32,000 bases of DNA from Acinetobacter wanghuae. GTDB lineage: Bacteria; Pseudomonadota; Gammaproteobacteria; Pseudomonadales; Moraxellaceae. The stretch is taken from assembly GCF_009557235.1 (NCBI RefSeq), contig NZ_CP045650.1:810001-842000 (forward strand), read 5' to 3'. This document shows positions 17,901 to 26,318 of this stretch, in pieces. Both the position numbers and the translations under genes were made by a program. Numbering within the stretch: the first letter of the stretch is position 1; each line of letters begins with the position of its first letter. The notes beneath the pieces were generated by a model that was given only the letters and a program-made list of their open reading frames with translations, did no database searches and was not told the DNA's origin.

Positions 17901-18845
17901 CTAATTTTGTGATTTAAAATGATCAGCAAGTAATTCGCTAAGATATGGAATAAAATGCGGTGGGATATCATGCCCCATTCCATCAATTAATTCAAATTTA
18001 GCACCCGGTATTGCTTTAGCAACGGCCTTACCATGGCTTGGTGGCAGCAAACGATCGCGAGCACCATGAATAACCAAGGTCTCTTGCTGAATTTGCTTGT
18101 CCAGTTGCAGCAGTGAGCCCGTACATAATATTGCTAAAAACTGTTGAAGTACACCTGCAGGATGATAACTTCGTTTATACAATTTACGGGCGGTTTGCAT
18201 GGCTTCCAGCTGATTGACATAGCCTGGAGAGCCAATAATGTTAAATAATTTTAAACTATGGTCAATGATGCCATCTTCATCTGTTGCTGCGGGTTTGTCA
18301 ATGAGACTAAACAGTTGTTTTGGAAATGGGGGCGGCAAGAGGGGCTGATTATTACTGGTAAAGAGTAATGCCAATTTACTGACTTTATCGGGGTAACGTG
18401 CTGCTAAAATTTGAGCAATCATGCCACCCATCGATGCACCAAGTACATAGACTTTGCCAAGCGCTAATTTATCAATCAAGAGACTAACGTCTTCCGCCAT
18501 ATCATATAAGTCATAAGGTGCACCTTGATTGCCTAAACCAATCACGAAACGACTCATCATTTTTAAGGTATTTAGGCGTGGACCCTTATTGTGGACTTTT
18601 GACGATAAACCAATATCACGGTTATCAAAACGTACAATACGATAGCCTTGATCGATGAGAGAGCGACAAAAGAAGTCAGGCCAATACAGCATTTGTGCGC
18701 CCAAGCCCATAATCAACAAAATCGTGGGATGATCTTGATGACCGCCAATTTCAACATGTAGTTGAATTCCATTGCCTAAATCAACTTTGGTTTCACGCAT
18801 AAACGTGGTGTATGGCGATAAACTAAACTGCAACGCACTCTGCAT
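17901..18845 (-). CDS. estB: Alpha/beta-fold esterase (EstB of the rub operon)
   Basis: 314 aa. ILLIMGLGAQMLYW and nucleophile elbow GASMGG, with His in DGMGHDIP. Its position between rubB and oxyR matches the published ADP1 operon. Only 6 bp separate its stop from the oxyR start. Confidence 0.8.
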   Translation of the reverse strand: MQSALQFSLSPYTTFMRETKVDLGNGIQLHVEIGGHQDHPTILLIMGLGAQMLYWPDFFCRSLIDQGYRIVRFDNRDIGLSSKVHNKGPRLNTLKMMSRFVIGLGNQGAPYDLYDMAEDVSLLIDKLALGKVYVLGASMGGMIAQILAARYPDKVSKLALLFTSNNQPLLPPPFPKQLFSLIDKPAATDEDGIIDHSLKLFNIIGSPGYVNQLEAMQTARKLYKRSYHPAGVLQQFLAILCTGSLLQLDKQIQQETLVIHGARDRLLPPSHGKAVAKAIPGAKFELIDGMGHDIPPHFIPYLSELLADHFKSQN

Positions 18846-18859
18846 ATATTTATTCCCTT

Positions 18860-18891
18860 AAAAAAGGACATCTTGATTAAAAAATGTCCTT
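18860..18891 (-). terminator. Terminator-like hairpin between rubB and estB
   Basis: Minus strand reads AAGGACAT-(12-nt loop)-ATGTCCTT followed by TTTT (stems at 18864-18871 / 18884-18891). It sits in the 58-bp rubB-estB spacer. Confidence 0.45.
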
Positions 18892-18903
18892 GCTATTAAA
18901 CGC

Positions 18904-20082
18904 TTAAACCGTAGCAGGAATCAAGTCAGGAACTTGTTTGGTTAATATTAAACGCTGTTTTGATGCTGTAGCACCGAGTAACACGAAACCACGTAAAGTC
19001 CCTTCATGGTCTGATGCTTTGGCGATCATGCCATCTTCAAATTCTTCAGTCTCCCAAGTCACTTCGACGTCAACAGGTGAAGGTAAAACCGTCAGTGGCG
19101 CAGCAGGTGTTTTTACTGCAACAGGCATTGCAGGATAGTGAACCGCAGTCGCCGTACCATTTAATGTTTTTGCTAAAGCGCGTGCTTGTTGCATGATCGG
19201 CATGACATAAGGCAGTAGTGTACCGTTGACTTCTGCACAATCACCGACGGCATAAATATCGGCTAAATTGGTTTCAAGTTGCGCATTGGTGATTACACCA
19301 CGTGAGGTATGAATACCCGCTTCTTTAGCAACTGAAAGATTTGGCTGTAAACCGACTGCAGATAAAACGGCATCGGCTTGCACACTTTGACCATTGGCTA
19401 AAGTGACTAAATAGTCGTCGTTTTCAACTTTAGAGACTTTTTCAACCGTTGTACCCAGCACAAATTGAATGCCTGTTTCTTCTAAATTCTGTTGGAAAGC
19501 AGAAGCCACATGTTGTGGCAACAGACGACCCAAGGCTTGAGGTGCTAAATCAACCACAGTCACTTGATGACCTGTATTTTGTAAGTCATTCGCAAACTCA
19601 CAGCCAATTAAGCCTGCACCCAAGATCACCACACGTTTATCTGCACGAGCATCTAAGTTGGCACGGAAAGCTTTGTAATGATCTAAATTATTCACCACAT
19701 GAATATCATCTGATGCATCGCCAGCAATGGCTAAACGAATTGGATTTGCACCGACAGCCAGTACTAATTTTGAATAGCTTTGTTGTAATGTTTGCCCATC
19801 TTTTTCAAGCGTTAAAGTATGTGCAGTTGCATCAATGGCTTTGACCCAAGTATGCGTTTCAATACGCATATTCAGCTGTGCGGACATTTTCGCAGCATCA
19901 CCAAGGGCAATTTGCTCAGGGGCTTTTTTCGCAACATAGGCATTTGAAAGTGTAGGTTTTGCATAGTTAATTGCATCATCTGCACAGATCATGACCAATT
20001 CATGTTCAGGATTTAATTTGCGGAATTCGCGTGCGACAGCATAACCTGCCATACCTGAACCGACGATGATGATAGGATGCAT
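18904..20082 (-). CDS. rubB: Rubredoxin-NAD(+) reductase
   Basis: FAD and NAD Rossmann motifs IIIVGSGMAGYA and VVILGAGLIGCEFA. The ORF track starts at 20094 (MEIVMHP...). The second ATG (20082) is preferred because the intervening GGAGA is a well-spaced SD (ATGGAGATTGTTATG). Confidence 0.9.
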   Translation of the reverse strand: MHPIIIVGSGMAGYAVAREFRKLNPEHELVMICADDAINYAKPTLSNAYVAKKAPEQIALGDAAKMSAQLNMRIETHTWVKAIDATAHTLTLEKDGQTLQQSYSKLVLAVGANPIRLAIAGDASDDIHVVNNLDHYKAFRANLDARADKRVVILGAGLIGCEFANDLQNTGHQVTVVDLAPQALGRLLPQHVASAFQQNLEETGIQFVLGTTVEKVSKVENDDYLVTLANGQSVQADAVLSAVGLQPNLSVAKEAGIHTSRGVITNAQLETNLADIYAVGDCAEVNGTLLPYVMPIMQQARALAKTLNGTATAVHYPAMPVAVKTPAAPLTVLPSPVDVEVTWETEEFEDGMIAKASDHEGTLRGFVLLGATASKQRLILTKQVPDLIPATV

Positions 20083-20116
20083 AACAATCTCCATGCTTAA
20101 AATTTTATAAGGGCAT

Positions 20117-20142
20117 AAAAAAAGACCATAGAATATGGTCTT
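20117..20142 (-). terminator. Strong intrinsic-terminator-like hairpin between rubA and rubB (possible attenuator)
   Basis: Minus strand reads AAGACCATA-TTC-TATGGTCTT (9-bp stem, 20122-20130 / 20134-20142). The T7 run (complement of A7 at 20117-20123) overlaps the last two stem bases and extends five T beyond the hairpin. It lies between the rubA stop (20156) and the rubB start. Confidence 0.6.
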
Positions 20143-20155
20143 GGTACAGACGTCA

Positions 20156-20320
20156 TTAGATTTCGATCATTTCAAAATCGATTTTAGAGACGCCACAATC
20201 TGGGCAAGTCCAATCATCAGGAATATCTTCCCATTTGGTTCCCGCAACGATGCCGTCTTGAGGCCAACCTTCTGCTTCATCGTAAATCCATCCACACACG
20301 ATGCATTGATACTTTTTCAT
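20156..20320 (-). CDS. rubA: Rubredoxin (54 aa), missed by the ORF track
   Basis: The reverse complement reads [54 protein letters not shown], with two CxxCG iron knuckles. SD GGAGAG lies upstream. The listed + ORF 20135-20359 is its shadow. Confidence 0.92.
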   Translation of the reverse strand: MKKYQCIVCGWIYDEAEGWPQDGIVAGTKWEDIPDDWTCPDCGVSKIDFEMIEI

Positions 20321-20822
20321 CTAACTCTCCAAAAACCAACCAAAATGACAGGCGGTTAAAAATCCATAAATGGCAAGACTCTAATATGACTTTTGATAGT
20401 GCACATATTTGGGTAAATTTTTACGCAGTTCTGTTGATAAAGTAAAGTGGATAAGAGTTTAATCAGCGAAATTAAAAGCAGAAGAGCAGTGCGGGTCAAT
20501 AATTATCATTAAATTCACAATTTAACGTGAATTTTATTTATCACTTCATGAGAGAAATATGGGTGTTTTTGCGATCATGTCTTGCATACGACTTATTTTA
20601 TTCATGTTGTTGTATGTTTAGGTATCATCTTCATGGAGCAGACTGAATGCTGAAGGGATAAAATAAGAAAACATGATAAATCTCGTTTTTATAACAATTA
20701 AAATTAAATTAAAACAATAACTTGTTTGGTGTTGGTGATTTTATCGGGCACAAATTATCTTGTCCGATGACTATAAAATAGTTTAAAATTAATTCGTTCT
20801 TTTTCTTTCTGAAATATCTCCC

Positions 20823-21362
20823 ATGAGCAATCTGTCTACTTCATTGTGGTCTCACATTCGTACGGTTCAAGATTTTCCAAAACCAGGTATTTGTTTCTTC
20901 GATTTAACGCCATTGTTTATGAGCAATATTGGCCCATTAACGGATGCGTTAATTGAAAGTATTCCTGCTGATCAATTGGCAGAAGTAGATAGTTTTATTG
21001 CAGTAGAAGCACGTGGTTTTGTACTGGCAAGTTTGTTGGCACAGCGCACGGGCAAAGGCTTACTATTGGTTCGTAAAGCAGGTAAATTGCCGCCACCAGT
21101 CGTGGGTGTAGGCTATAGCTTAGAATATGGTTTGGACCGTTTAGAAATGTCCGCTGAAGTAAAATCGCAAAAAGTGATTATTGTGGATGATGTTTTAGCA
21201 ACGGGCGGTACATTAAAAGCAGTTCATGAATTGGCGCAAAAATGTCAGCACCAAGTGTTAGGTGCAAGTATTTTCCTTGATTTGCCTGATCTACATGGCG
21301 ATTTAGGTCTTAATATTTGGTCTGTATTAGATGACAAAACCATGCCCGCAGAAGTTGCATAA
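20823..21362 (+). CDS. apt: Adenine phosphoribosyltransferase
   Basis: 179 aa. DFPKPGICFFDLTPLF, EARGF and the PRPP loop VIIVDDVLATGGTLKA. Collinear with E. coli Apt. No obvious SD before the ATG. Confidence 0.9.
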   Translation: MSNLSTSLWSHIRTVQDFPKPGICFFDLTPLFMSNIGPLTDALIESIPADQLAEVDSFIAVEARGFVLASLLAQRTGKGLLLVRKAGKLPPPVVGVGYSLEYGLDRLEMSAEVKSQKVIIVDDVLATGGTLKAVHELAQKCQHQVLGASIFLDLPDLHGDLGLNIWSVLDDKTMPAEVA

Positions 21363-21378
21363 GCAAAATTTTTAATTC

Positions 21379-21414
21379 AAAAGCCCCGTTGATGCGTCTA
21401 CGGGGCTTTTTTTT
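21379..21414. terminator. Terminator between convergent apt and yqiA-like genes
   Basis: AAGCCCCG-(12-nt loop)-CGGGGCTT followed by T8. Confidence 0.8.
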
Positions 21415-21421
21415 GCCATGT

Positions 21422-21928
21422 TTATGCACTTAAATGGTGCTTTTCAATATATTGAATGAGATGGTTTAGATGTTCTGGTTGGGCTAAACGATGATGTCCA
21501 CCGTCCATGACTTCAACTTGCATATAATCTTCGAGTTGTGATTGCACCGCATGCATATCTAAGATTTCATCACCAAGTTCTAAATAGGCCATCTGTGGAA
21601 TATCATTTTGTAAGTCTGCATCTTCAATCGCAGGATAATCATCTCGGAAAACGGGCTGCAAACTTGGATTAGCAATCACGCAAGGAATATGATGAAGCGC
21701 TGACATTTTTAATGCCCAATAACCACCAAGACTATGACCAACAATAATATCAGGTCGCATTTTTTCAATAATATCATCATAAAACGCAGCCACAGTGGCA
21801 AAATTCAAATTGCGATAATCAACGTCGATACAAAATTTTTGTACGGCATCAATGGCATGGAATTTTGTGGATTCTTTAGATGAGTCCAAACCATGTAGAA
21901 ACAAAATTTTAGAATGACATGCGCTCAT
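21422..21928 (-). CDS. yqiA: Small alpha/beta esterase, YqiA/UPF0227-like
   Basis: 168 aa. KILFLHGLDSS N-terminus and nucleophile elbow GHSLGG. The short single-domain size is typical of YqiA. Confidence 0.7.
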   Translation of the reverse strand: MSACHSKILFLHGLDSSKESTKFHAIDAVQKFCIDVDYRNLNFATVAAFYDDIIEKMRPDIIVGHSLGGYWALKMSALHHIPCVIANPSLQPVFRDDYPAIEDADLQNDIPQMAYLELGDEILDMHAVQSQLEDYMQVEVMDGGHHRLAQPEHLNHLIQYIEKHHLSA

Positions 21929-22245
21929 GATCAGGCTTTTTTTACTCGTAATTATAAATAGATAGAATCATTGCAATTGCATTCTATTGTAGAAGTTATA
22001 GCCAGATAAAAAATTAGCATTTGGTCTAACAGAGGTCGCTGTTGTAAAGGGTATTAGCGCGGTGAAACAGTCGAGCATGCAGCGCTATTCAATGCTGAAG
22101 ATGGATCACATGTATATTTTTAGGTTTAAACGTATATTTCTATACAGAATTGCATAATCTGAACAGCGCTTATACTTCGATTTAATGTGGATTTCTGCTA
22201 TTCTATGCAACTTCCGTTTTTAAACTAACCATATTCGAGGCAGAG

Positions 22246-23775
22246 ATGACGCACAATAACGCTCAATCGACTTCTGAACACACCATTTCCGAAAACGATT
22301 TAATTGCACAGCGTCATGCCAAGTTAAAGCAAATCGAAGCGCACGCAGAAGAAACAGGTAAGAGCCCTTGGCCAAATACCTTTAAGCGTGAGCATTATGC
22401 TCAAGATCTACAAGACCAATTTGCCGATCAATCGAAAGAACAAATTGAATCTGGCGAAAAGGTACACGTAAAAGTTGCCGGTCGTGTCATGCTTAACCGT
22501 GGTTCATTTATTGTGATCCAAGACATGACAGGTCGTATTCAATTATATGTTGCACGTAAAGAACTTGCGCCTGAAGTCCTCGACACCATTAAGAGCCTTG
22601 ATCTTGGTGATATTATTGCCATCGAAGGTTATATCGGTCGTTCGGGCAAAGGTGATTTGTACGTTCACATCGAACATTTTGAATTGTTGACTAAATCGCT
22701 TCGTCCGCTGCCAGATAAATTCCATGGTTTAACTGATACTGAAGCGAAATATCGTAAACGTTACTTAGATTTAATCGTAAACGAAGATACACGTCGTACG
22801 TTTGAAATCCGCGCACAAGTGGTTTCAGGTATCCGTTCATTCTTATCAAACAAACGTTTCATGGAAGTTGAAACACCAATGATGCATGTGATTCCAGGTG
22901 GTGCATCAGCGCGTCCATTTGAAACACATCACAACGCATTAGACATGCCTTTGTTCTTACGTATTGCCCCAGAGCTTTACTTAAAACGTTTGGTAGTGGG
23001 TGGTTTTGAACGTGTGTTCGAAATTAACCGTAACTTCCGTAACGAAGGTGTATCAACACGTCATAACCCAGAATTCACCATGATTGAATTCTATCAAGCC
23101 TATGCAGATTATAAAGACTTGATGGAACTCACTGAGCAAATGCTAGAAAAACTAGCCATTGATATTTTGGGTTCAACCGATGTGCCATATGGCGAAGAAG
23201 TGTATAGCTTCAAAGGTCCATTCAAGAAAATCTCAATGTTTGATGCGATTCTTGAAAACAACCCACAATTTACGCCTGAAAATGTGGCAGACCGTGAATT
23301 CCTTGCCAACTTCGTTCAAAATGAATTGAAAGAACAAGTAAAACCGGGCTTTGGTCTAGGTAAACTTCAAACGATCGTATTTGAAGAAACCGTTGAAACC
23401 AAACTTCGTCAACCGACATTCATTACAGAATATCCAGCAGAAACATCTCCATTGGCACGTCGTAATGATACCAATCCACATATTACGGATCGTTTTGAAT
23501 TCTTCATCGGTGGTCGTGAATTGGCAAATGGCTTCTCGGAATTGAATGATCCAATCGATCAAGCAGAACGTTTCCAAGCTCAAGTTGCTGAAAAAGACGC
23601 AGGTGATGATGAAGCAATGCATTACGATGCTGACTTCATTGAAGCACTTGAATATGGCTTACCGCCAACAGCAGGTGAAGGTATTGGTATTGACCGTCTT
23701 GTGATGCTATTTGCGAATGCTTCAAGTATTCGTGATGTGATTTTATTCCCGCATATGCGTCATAAAAACGTTTAA
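22246..23775 (+). CDS. lysS: Lysine--tRNA ligase (class II)
   Basis: 509 aa. OB-fold N-domain ([19 protein letters not shown]). Class II motifs [32 protein letters not shown] and [13 protein letters not shown]. Confidence 0.95.
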   Translation: MTHNNAQSTSEHTISENDLIAQRHAKLKQIEAHAEETGKSPWPNTFKREHYAQDLQDQFADQSKEQIESGEKVHVKVAGRVMLNRGSFIVIQDMTGRIQLYVARKELAPEVLDTIKSLDLGDIIAIEGYIGRSGKGDLYVHIEHFELLTKSLRPLPDKFHGLTDTEAKYRKRYLDLIVNEDTRRTFEIRAQVVSGIRSFLSNKRFMEVETPMMHVIPGGASARPFETHHNALDMPLFLRIAPELYLKRLVVGGFERVFEINRNFRNEGVSTRHNPEFTMIEFYQAYADYKDLMELTEQMLEKLAIDILGSTDVPYGEEVYSFKGPFKKISMFDAILENNPQFTPENVADREFLANFVQNELKEQVKPGFGLGKLQTIVFEETVETKLRQPTFITEYPAETSPLARRNDTNPHITDRFEFFIGGRELANGFSELNDPIDQAERFQAQVAEKDAGDDEAMHYDADFIEALEYGLPPTAGEGIGIDRLVMLFANASSIRDVILFPHMRHKNV

Positions 23776-23787
23776 GTTGTAACGTTC

Positions 23788-23818
23788 AAAAAAAACCCGT
23801 CATGTGCGGGTTTTTTTT
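23788..23818. terminator. Intrinsic terminator of lysS (A8/T8-flanked, bidirectional form)
   Basis: aaaaaaaaCCCGTcatgtGCGGGtttttttt. Confidence 0.85.
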
Positions 23819-23863
23819 ATTGCGCTATTTTATGATAAAAATTTTCTGCTAAAAATGACAGAC

Positions 23864-23897
23864 AAAAAAAACGCAATGATTGGGGTATTCATTGCGT
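23864..23897 (-). terminator. Orphan minus-strand intrinsic terminator in the lysS/trpS spacer
   Basis: Minus strand reads ACGCAATGA-(9-nt loop)-TCATTGCGT (9-bp stem, 23871-23879 / 23889-23897) followed by T8. It lies about 190 nt beyond the trpS terminator, and no CDS ends here. Confidence 0.65.
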
Positions 23898-24084
23898 AGA
23901 AAAAGGAAATTTGTTTACTGCATCTGTGGAGATATTGATGCTGCTTCCTGAATATGTAGCTATCATAATATTTGCAACTACCAATAACATCAGTCTTCAT
24001 GTTAATAGATGTTAACTATGGTAAACATTGTGAAGAAAATGTGATGAATAATGCATAAATTTCATTCAAATTAGGCATGAAATG

Positions 24085-24115
24085 AAAAAAGCCCTTCATT
24101 TGAAAGGCTTTTTTA
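24085..24115. terminator. Terminator of trpS (bidirectional form)
   Basis: aaaaaaGCCCTTCatttGAAAGGCtttttt (one C.A mismatch), 26 nt after the trpS stop. Confidence 0.75.
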
Positions 24116-24140
24116 TCAAGTGAGGTGAACTAGATTTAGA

Positions 24141-25154
24141 TTAAAAGTGGAATACACCTAAACCTGACTTCACTTCATCTAAGGTTTGTTGCGTGATATC
24201 ACGACATTTATCTGTGCCGGCTTTTAAAATGTCCATGATGTAGTCAGGATCTTTTTGTAGTTCAAGACGACGTTCACGAATTGGAGTGATCAGTTCTTTT
24301 AAAACACCTTCAAGGCGTTTTTTCACTGTACCATCACCCAATCCACCACGACGATAATGTTCTTTCAGTTCTGCGACTGCTTCTTTGTCTGGATCGAAAG
24401 CATCAAGATAAGTAAACACCACATTGCCTTCAACTTGACCTGGATCTTCTACACGTAAGTGATTTGGATCGGTATACATTGCATTGACTGCTTTTTTAAT
24501 ATCTTTGTCAGTCGCATCAAGCACAATGGTATTGCCTAAGGATTTTGACATTTTTGCTTTGCCATCAAAGCCCGGTAAGCGACCGACATTAGACAGCAAT
24601 GCTTTACATTCAGGGAGTAATTCTTGACCAATTTGACGGTTCAAACGACGCACGATTTCATTGGTTTGTTCGATCATTGGAATTTGATCTTCGCCCACAG
24701 GCACGACAGTCGCTTTAAATGCCGTAATATCCGCAGCTTGTGCCACTGGATAGCATAAGAAGCCCGCAGGAATATCACGCTCAAAACCACGCATCTGAAT
24801 TTCAGACTTAATGGTTGGGTTACGTTCTAAGCGAGAAACCGTCACAAAGTTAAGATACAACATCGTGAGTTCATTTAATGCAGGTAAACCTGATTGAACG
24901 CAAATGGTTGTTTTTGTAGGATCGATACCAACTGCTAGATAATCTGTTGCCACTTCAATGATATTGCGACGTACTTTTTCAAAGTTATCGGCATTATCGG
25001 TAAAAGCTTGTGCATCTGCCAACAATAGGTGTTGGTGATGAGAATCTTGTAAGCCTACACGTGAACGTAATGAGCCCACAAAGTGACCAAGGTGAAGTTG
25101 TCCTGTCGGACGGTCGCCAGTCAAAATCACTGGACGATTATCTAGATTACTCAT
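24141..25154 (-). CDS. trpS: Tryptophan--tRNA ligase
   Basis: 337 aa. Class I signatures TGQLHLGHFVG (HIGH-type) and KMSKS. Confidence 0.92.
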   Translation of the reverse strand: MSNLDNRPVILTGDRPTGQLHLGHFVGSLRSRVGLQDSHHQHLLLADAQAFTDNADNFEKVRRNIIEVATDYLAVGIDPTKTTICVQSGLPALNELTMLYLNFVTVSRLERNPTIKSEIQMRGFERDIPAGFLCYPVAQAADITAFKATVVPVGEDQIPMIEQTNEIVRRLNRQIGQELLPECKALLSNVGRLPGFDGKAKMSKSLGNTIVLDATDKDIKKAVNAMYTDPNHLRVEDPGQVEGNVVFTYLDAFDPDKEAVAELKEHYRRGGLGDGTVKKRLEGVLKELITPIRERRLELQKDPDYIMDILKAGTDKCRDITQQTLDEVKSGLGVFHF

Positions 25155-25344
25155 TATCTATCCTAAATCAGTCGTCTTCACGACATTTCTATTGCAACGA
25201 ATGCAGACATTGTACGGTATTCTTTTTTCGAATGTCAGTCACATTAAAAATCTGGGTAAAAAAATTCATAAGATTTAAACAACTAAATACAATTATTTTA
25301 AAGCATTCGATTAATATGGTTGAAAAGACCCTGAGAAAACAACA

Positions 25345-26277
25345 ATGGCCGGCAGCTTATTACTATTATTAGATGACATCGCAACACTCATGGACGATAT
25401 TGCCCTCATGAGTAAAATGGCAGCCAAAAAAACCGCAGGTGTATTGGGTGATGATTTAGCCTTAAATGCCCAGCAAGTCAGTGGCGTCAATGCGGACCGT
25501 GAATTGCCTGTGGTATGGAAAGTCGCCAAAGGCTCATTACTGAATAAATGTATCTTGGTGCCCTTGGCATTACTCATTAGTTATTTTGCCGGTTGGCTGA
25601 TTAATCCATTATTGGTGATTGGTGGTTTGTTCTTATGCTATGAAGGGGCAGAAAAAATTATTCATAGCCTACATCATCGAAAAGCTAAAGATACAGATAC
25701 CGCGGAAGCGCGCGTTGCCAAAGCAGAAGTTGACTTGGTTAAATATGAAAATGATAAAGTGAAAGGTGCAATTCGTACCGATTTTATTTTATCAGCTGAA
25801 ATTGTAGTGATTACCTTGGGCACGGTCGCAGCAGCAACCATGACAACCAAGATTATGGTACTCAGTTTAATTGCCTTGCTCATGACTGTTGGTGTTTATG
25901 GCTTTGTTGCCCTGATTGTGAAAATTGATGATGCCGGCTTGTATTTAATTCAAAAAAAATCGGACTTTCAGCAAATGGTCGGGCGTGGCTTATTGGCCTT
26001 TGCACCTGTGCTAATGAAACTGTTATCGATTGTGGGCACCGTTGCAATGTTCTTGGTCGGTGGCGGTATTATTAATCATGCGGTGCCGTGGATGCATCAT
26101 TTTACGGAAGAAAGTGTCGAGCATGTACAAGAGCTGCCTGCACTTGGCAATATTTTAGGTGCATTAACACCGACTTTAATTAACTTTGCAGTTGGTATTT
26201 TGGCAGGTATCTTGGTGTTGATTGTGGTGAGTGTTTTTTCTAAATTTTGGCCAAAAACAAAAAAAGATGCAGCGTAA
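25345..26277 (+). CDS. yedI: DUF808-family inner-membrane protein (YedI-like)
   Basis: 310 aa. The N-terminus [48 protein letters not shown] is near-collinear with E. coli YedI as I recall it. Several TM segments. Confidence 0.8.
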   Translation: MAGSLLLLLDDIATLMDDIALMSKMAAKKTAGVLGDDLALNAQQVSGVNADRELPVVWKVAKGSLLNKCILVPLALLISYFAGWLINPLLVIGGLFLCYEGAEKIIHSLHHRKAKDTDTAEARVAKAEVDLVKYENDKVKGAIRTDFILSAEIVVITLGTVAAATMTTKIMVLSLIALLMTVGVYGFVALIVKIDDAGLYLIQKKSDFQQMVGRGLLAFAPVLMKLLSIVGTVAMFLVGGGIINHAVPWMHHFTEESVEHVQELPALGNILGALTPTLINFAVGILAGILVLIVVSVFSKFWPKTKKDAA

Positions 26278-26318
26278 TTCATTAAAATAGAAAATGAAAT
26301 TGAAAAAAGGATAAGGCT

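Noticed and set aside
20135-20359. 74-aa + strand ORF in the track
   Set aside because: It is the antisense shadow of the 54-aa rubredoxin gene on the minus strand. It has no SD and its sequence is low in information.
20498-20516. Fur box upstream of rubA
   Set aside because: Only 12/19 matches in a very AT-rich spacer, which is at the noise level. It is kept only as a note inside the intergenic-region finding.
22020-22110. AGAGGTCGC...GCAGCGCTA upstream of lysS as a lysine (L-box) riboswitch
   Set aside because: Only a superficial match to the AGAGG.GC start of the L-box. The candidate is about 80 nt against about 180 nt for a five-helix L-box, and the conserved core segments are missing.
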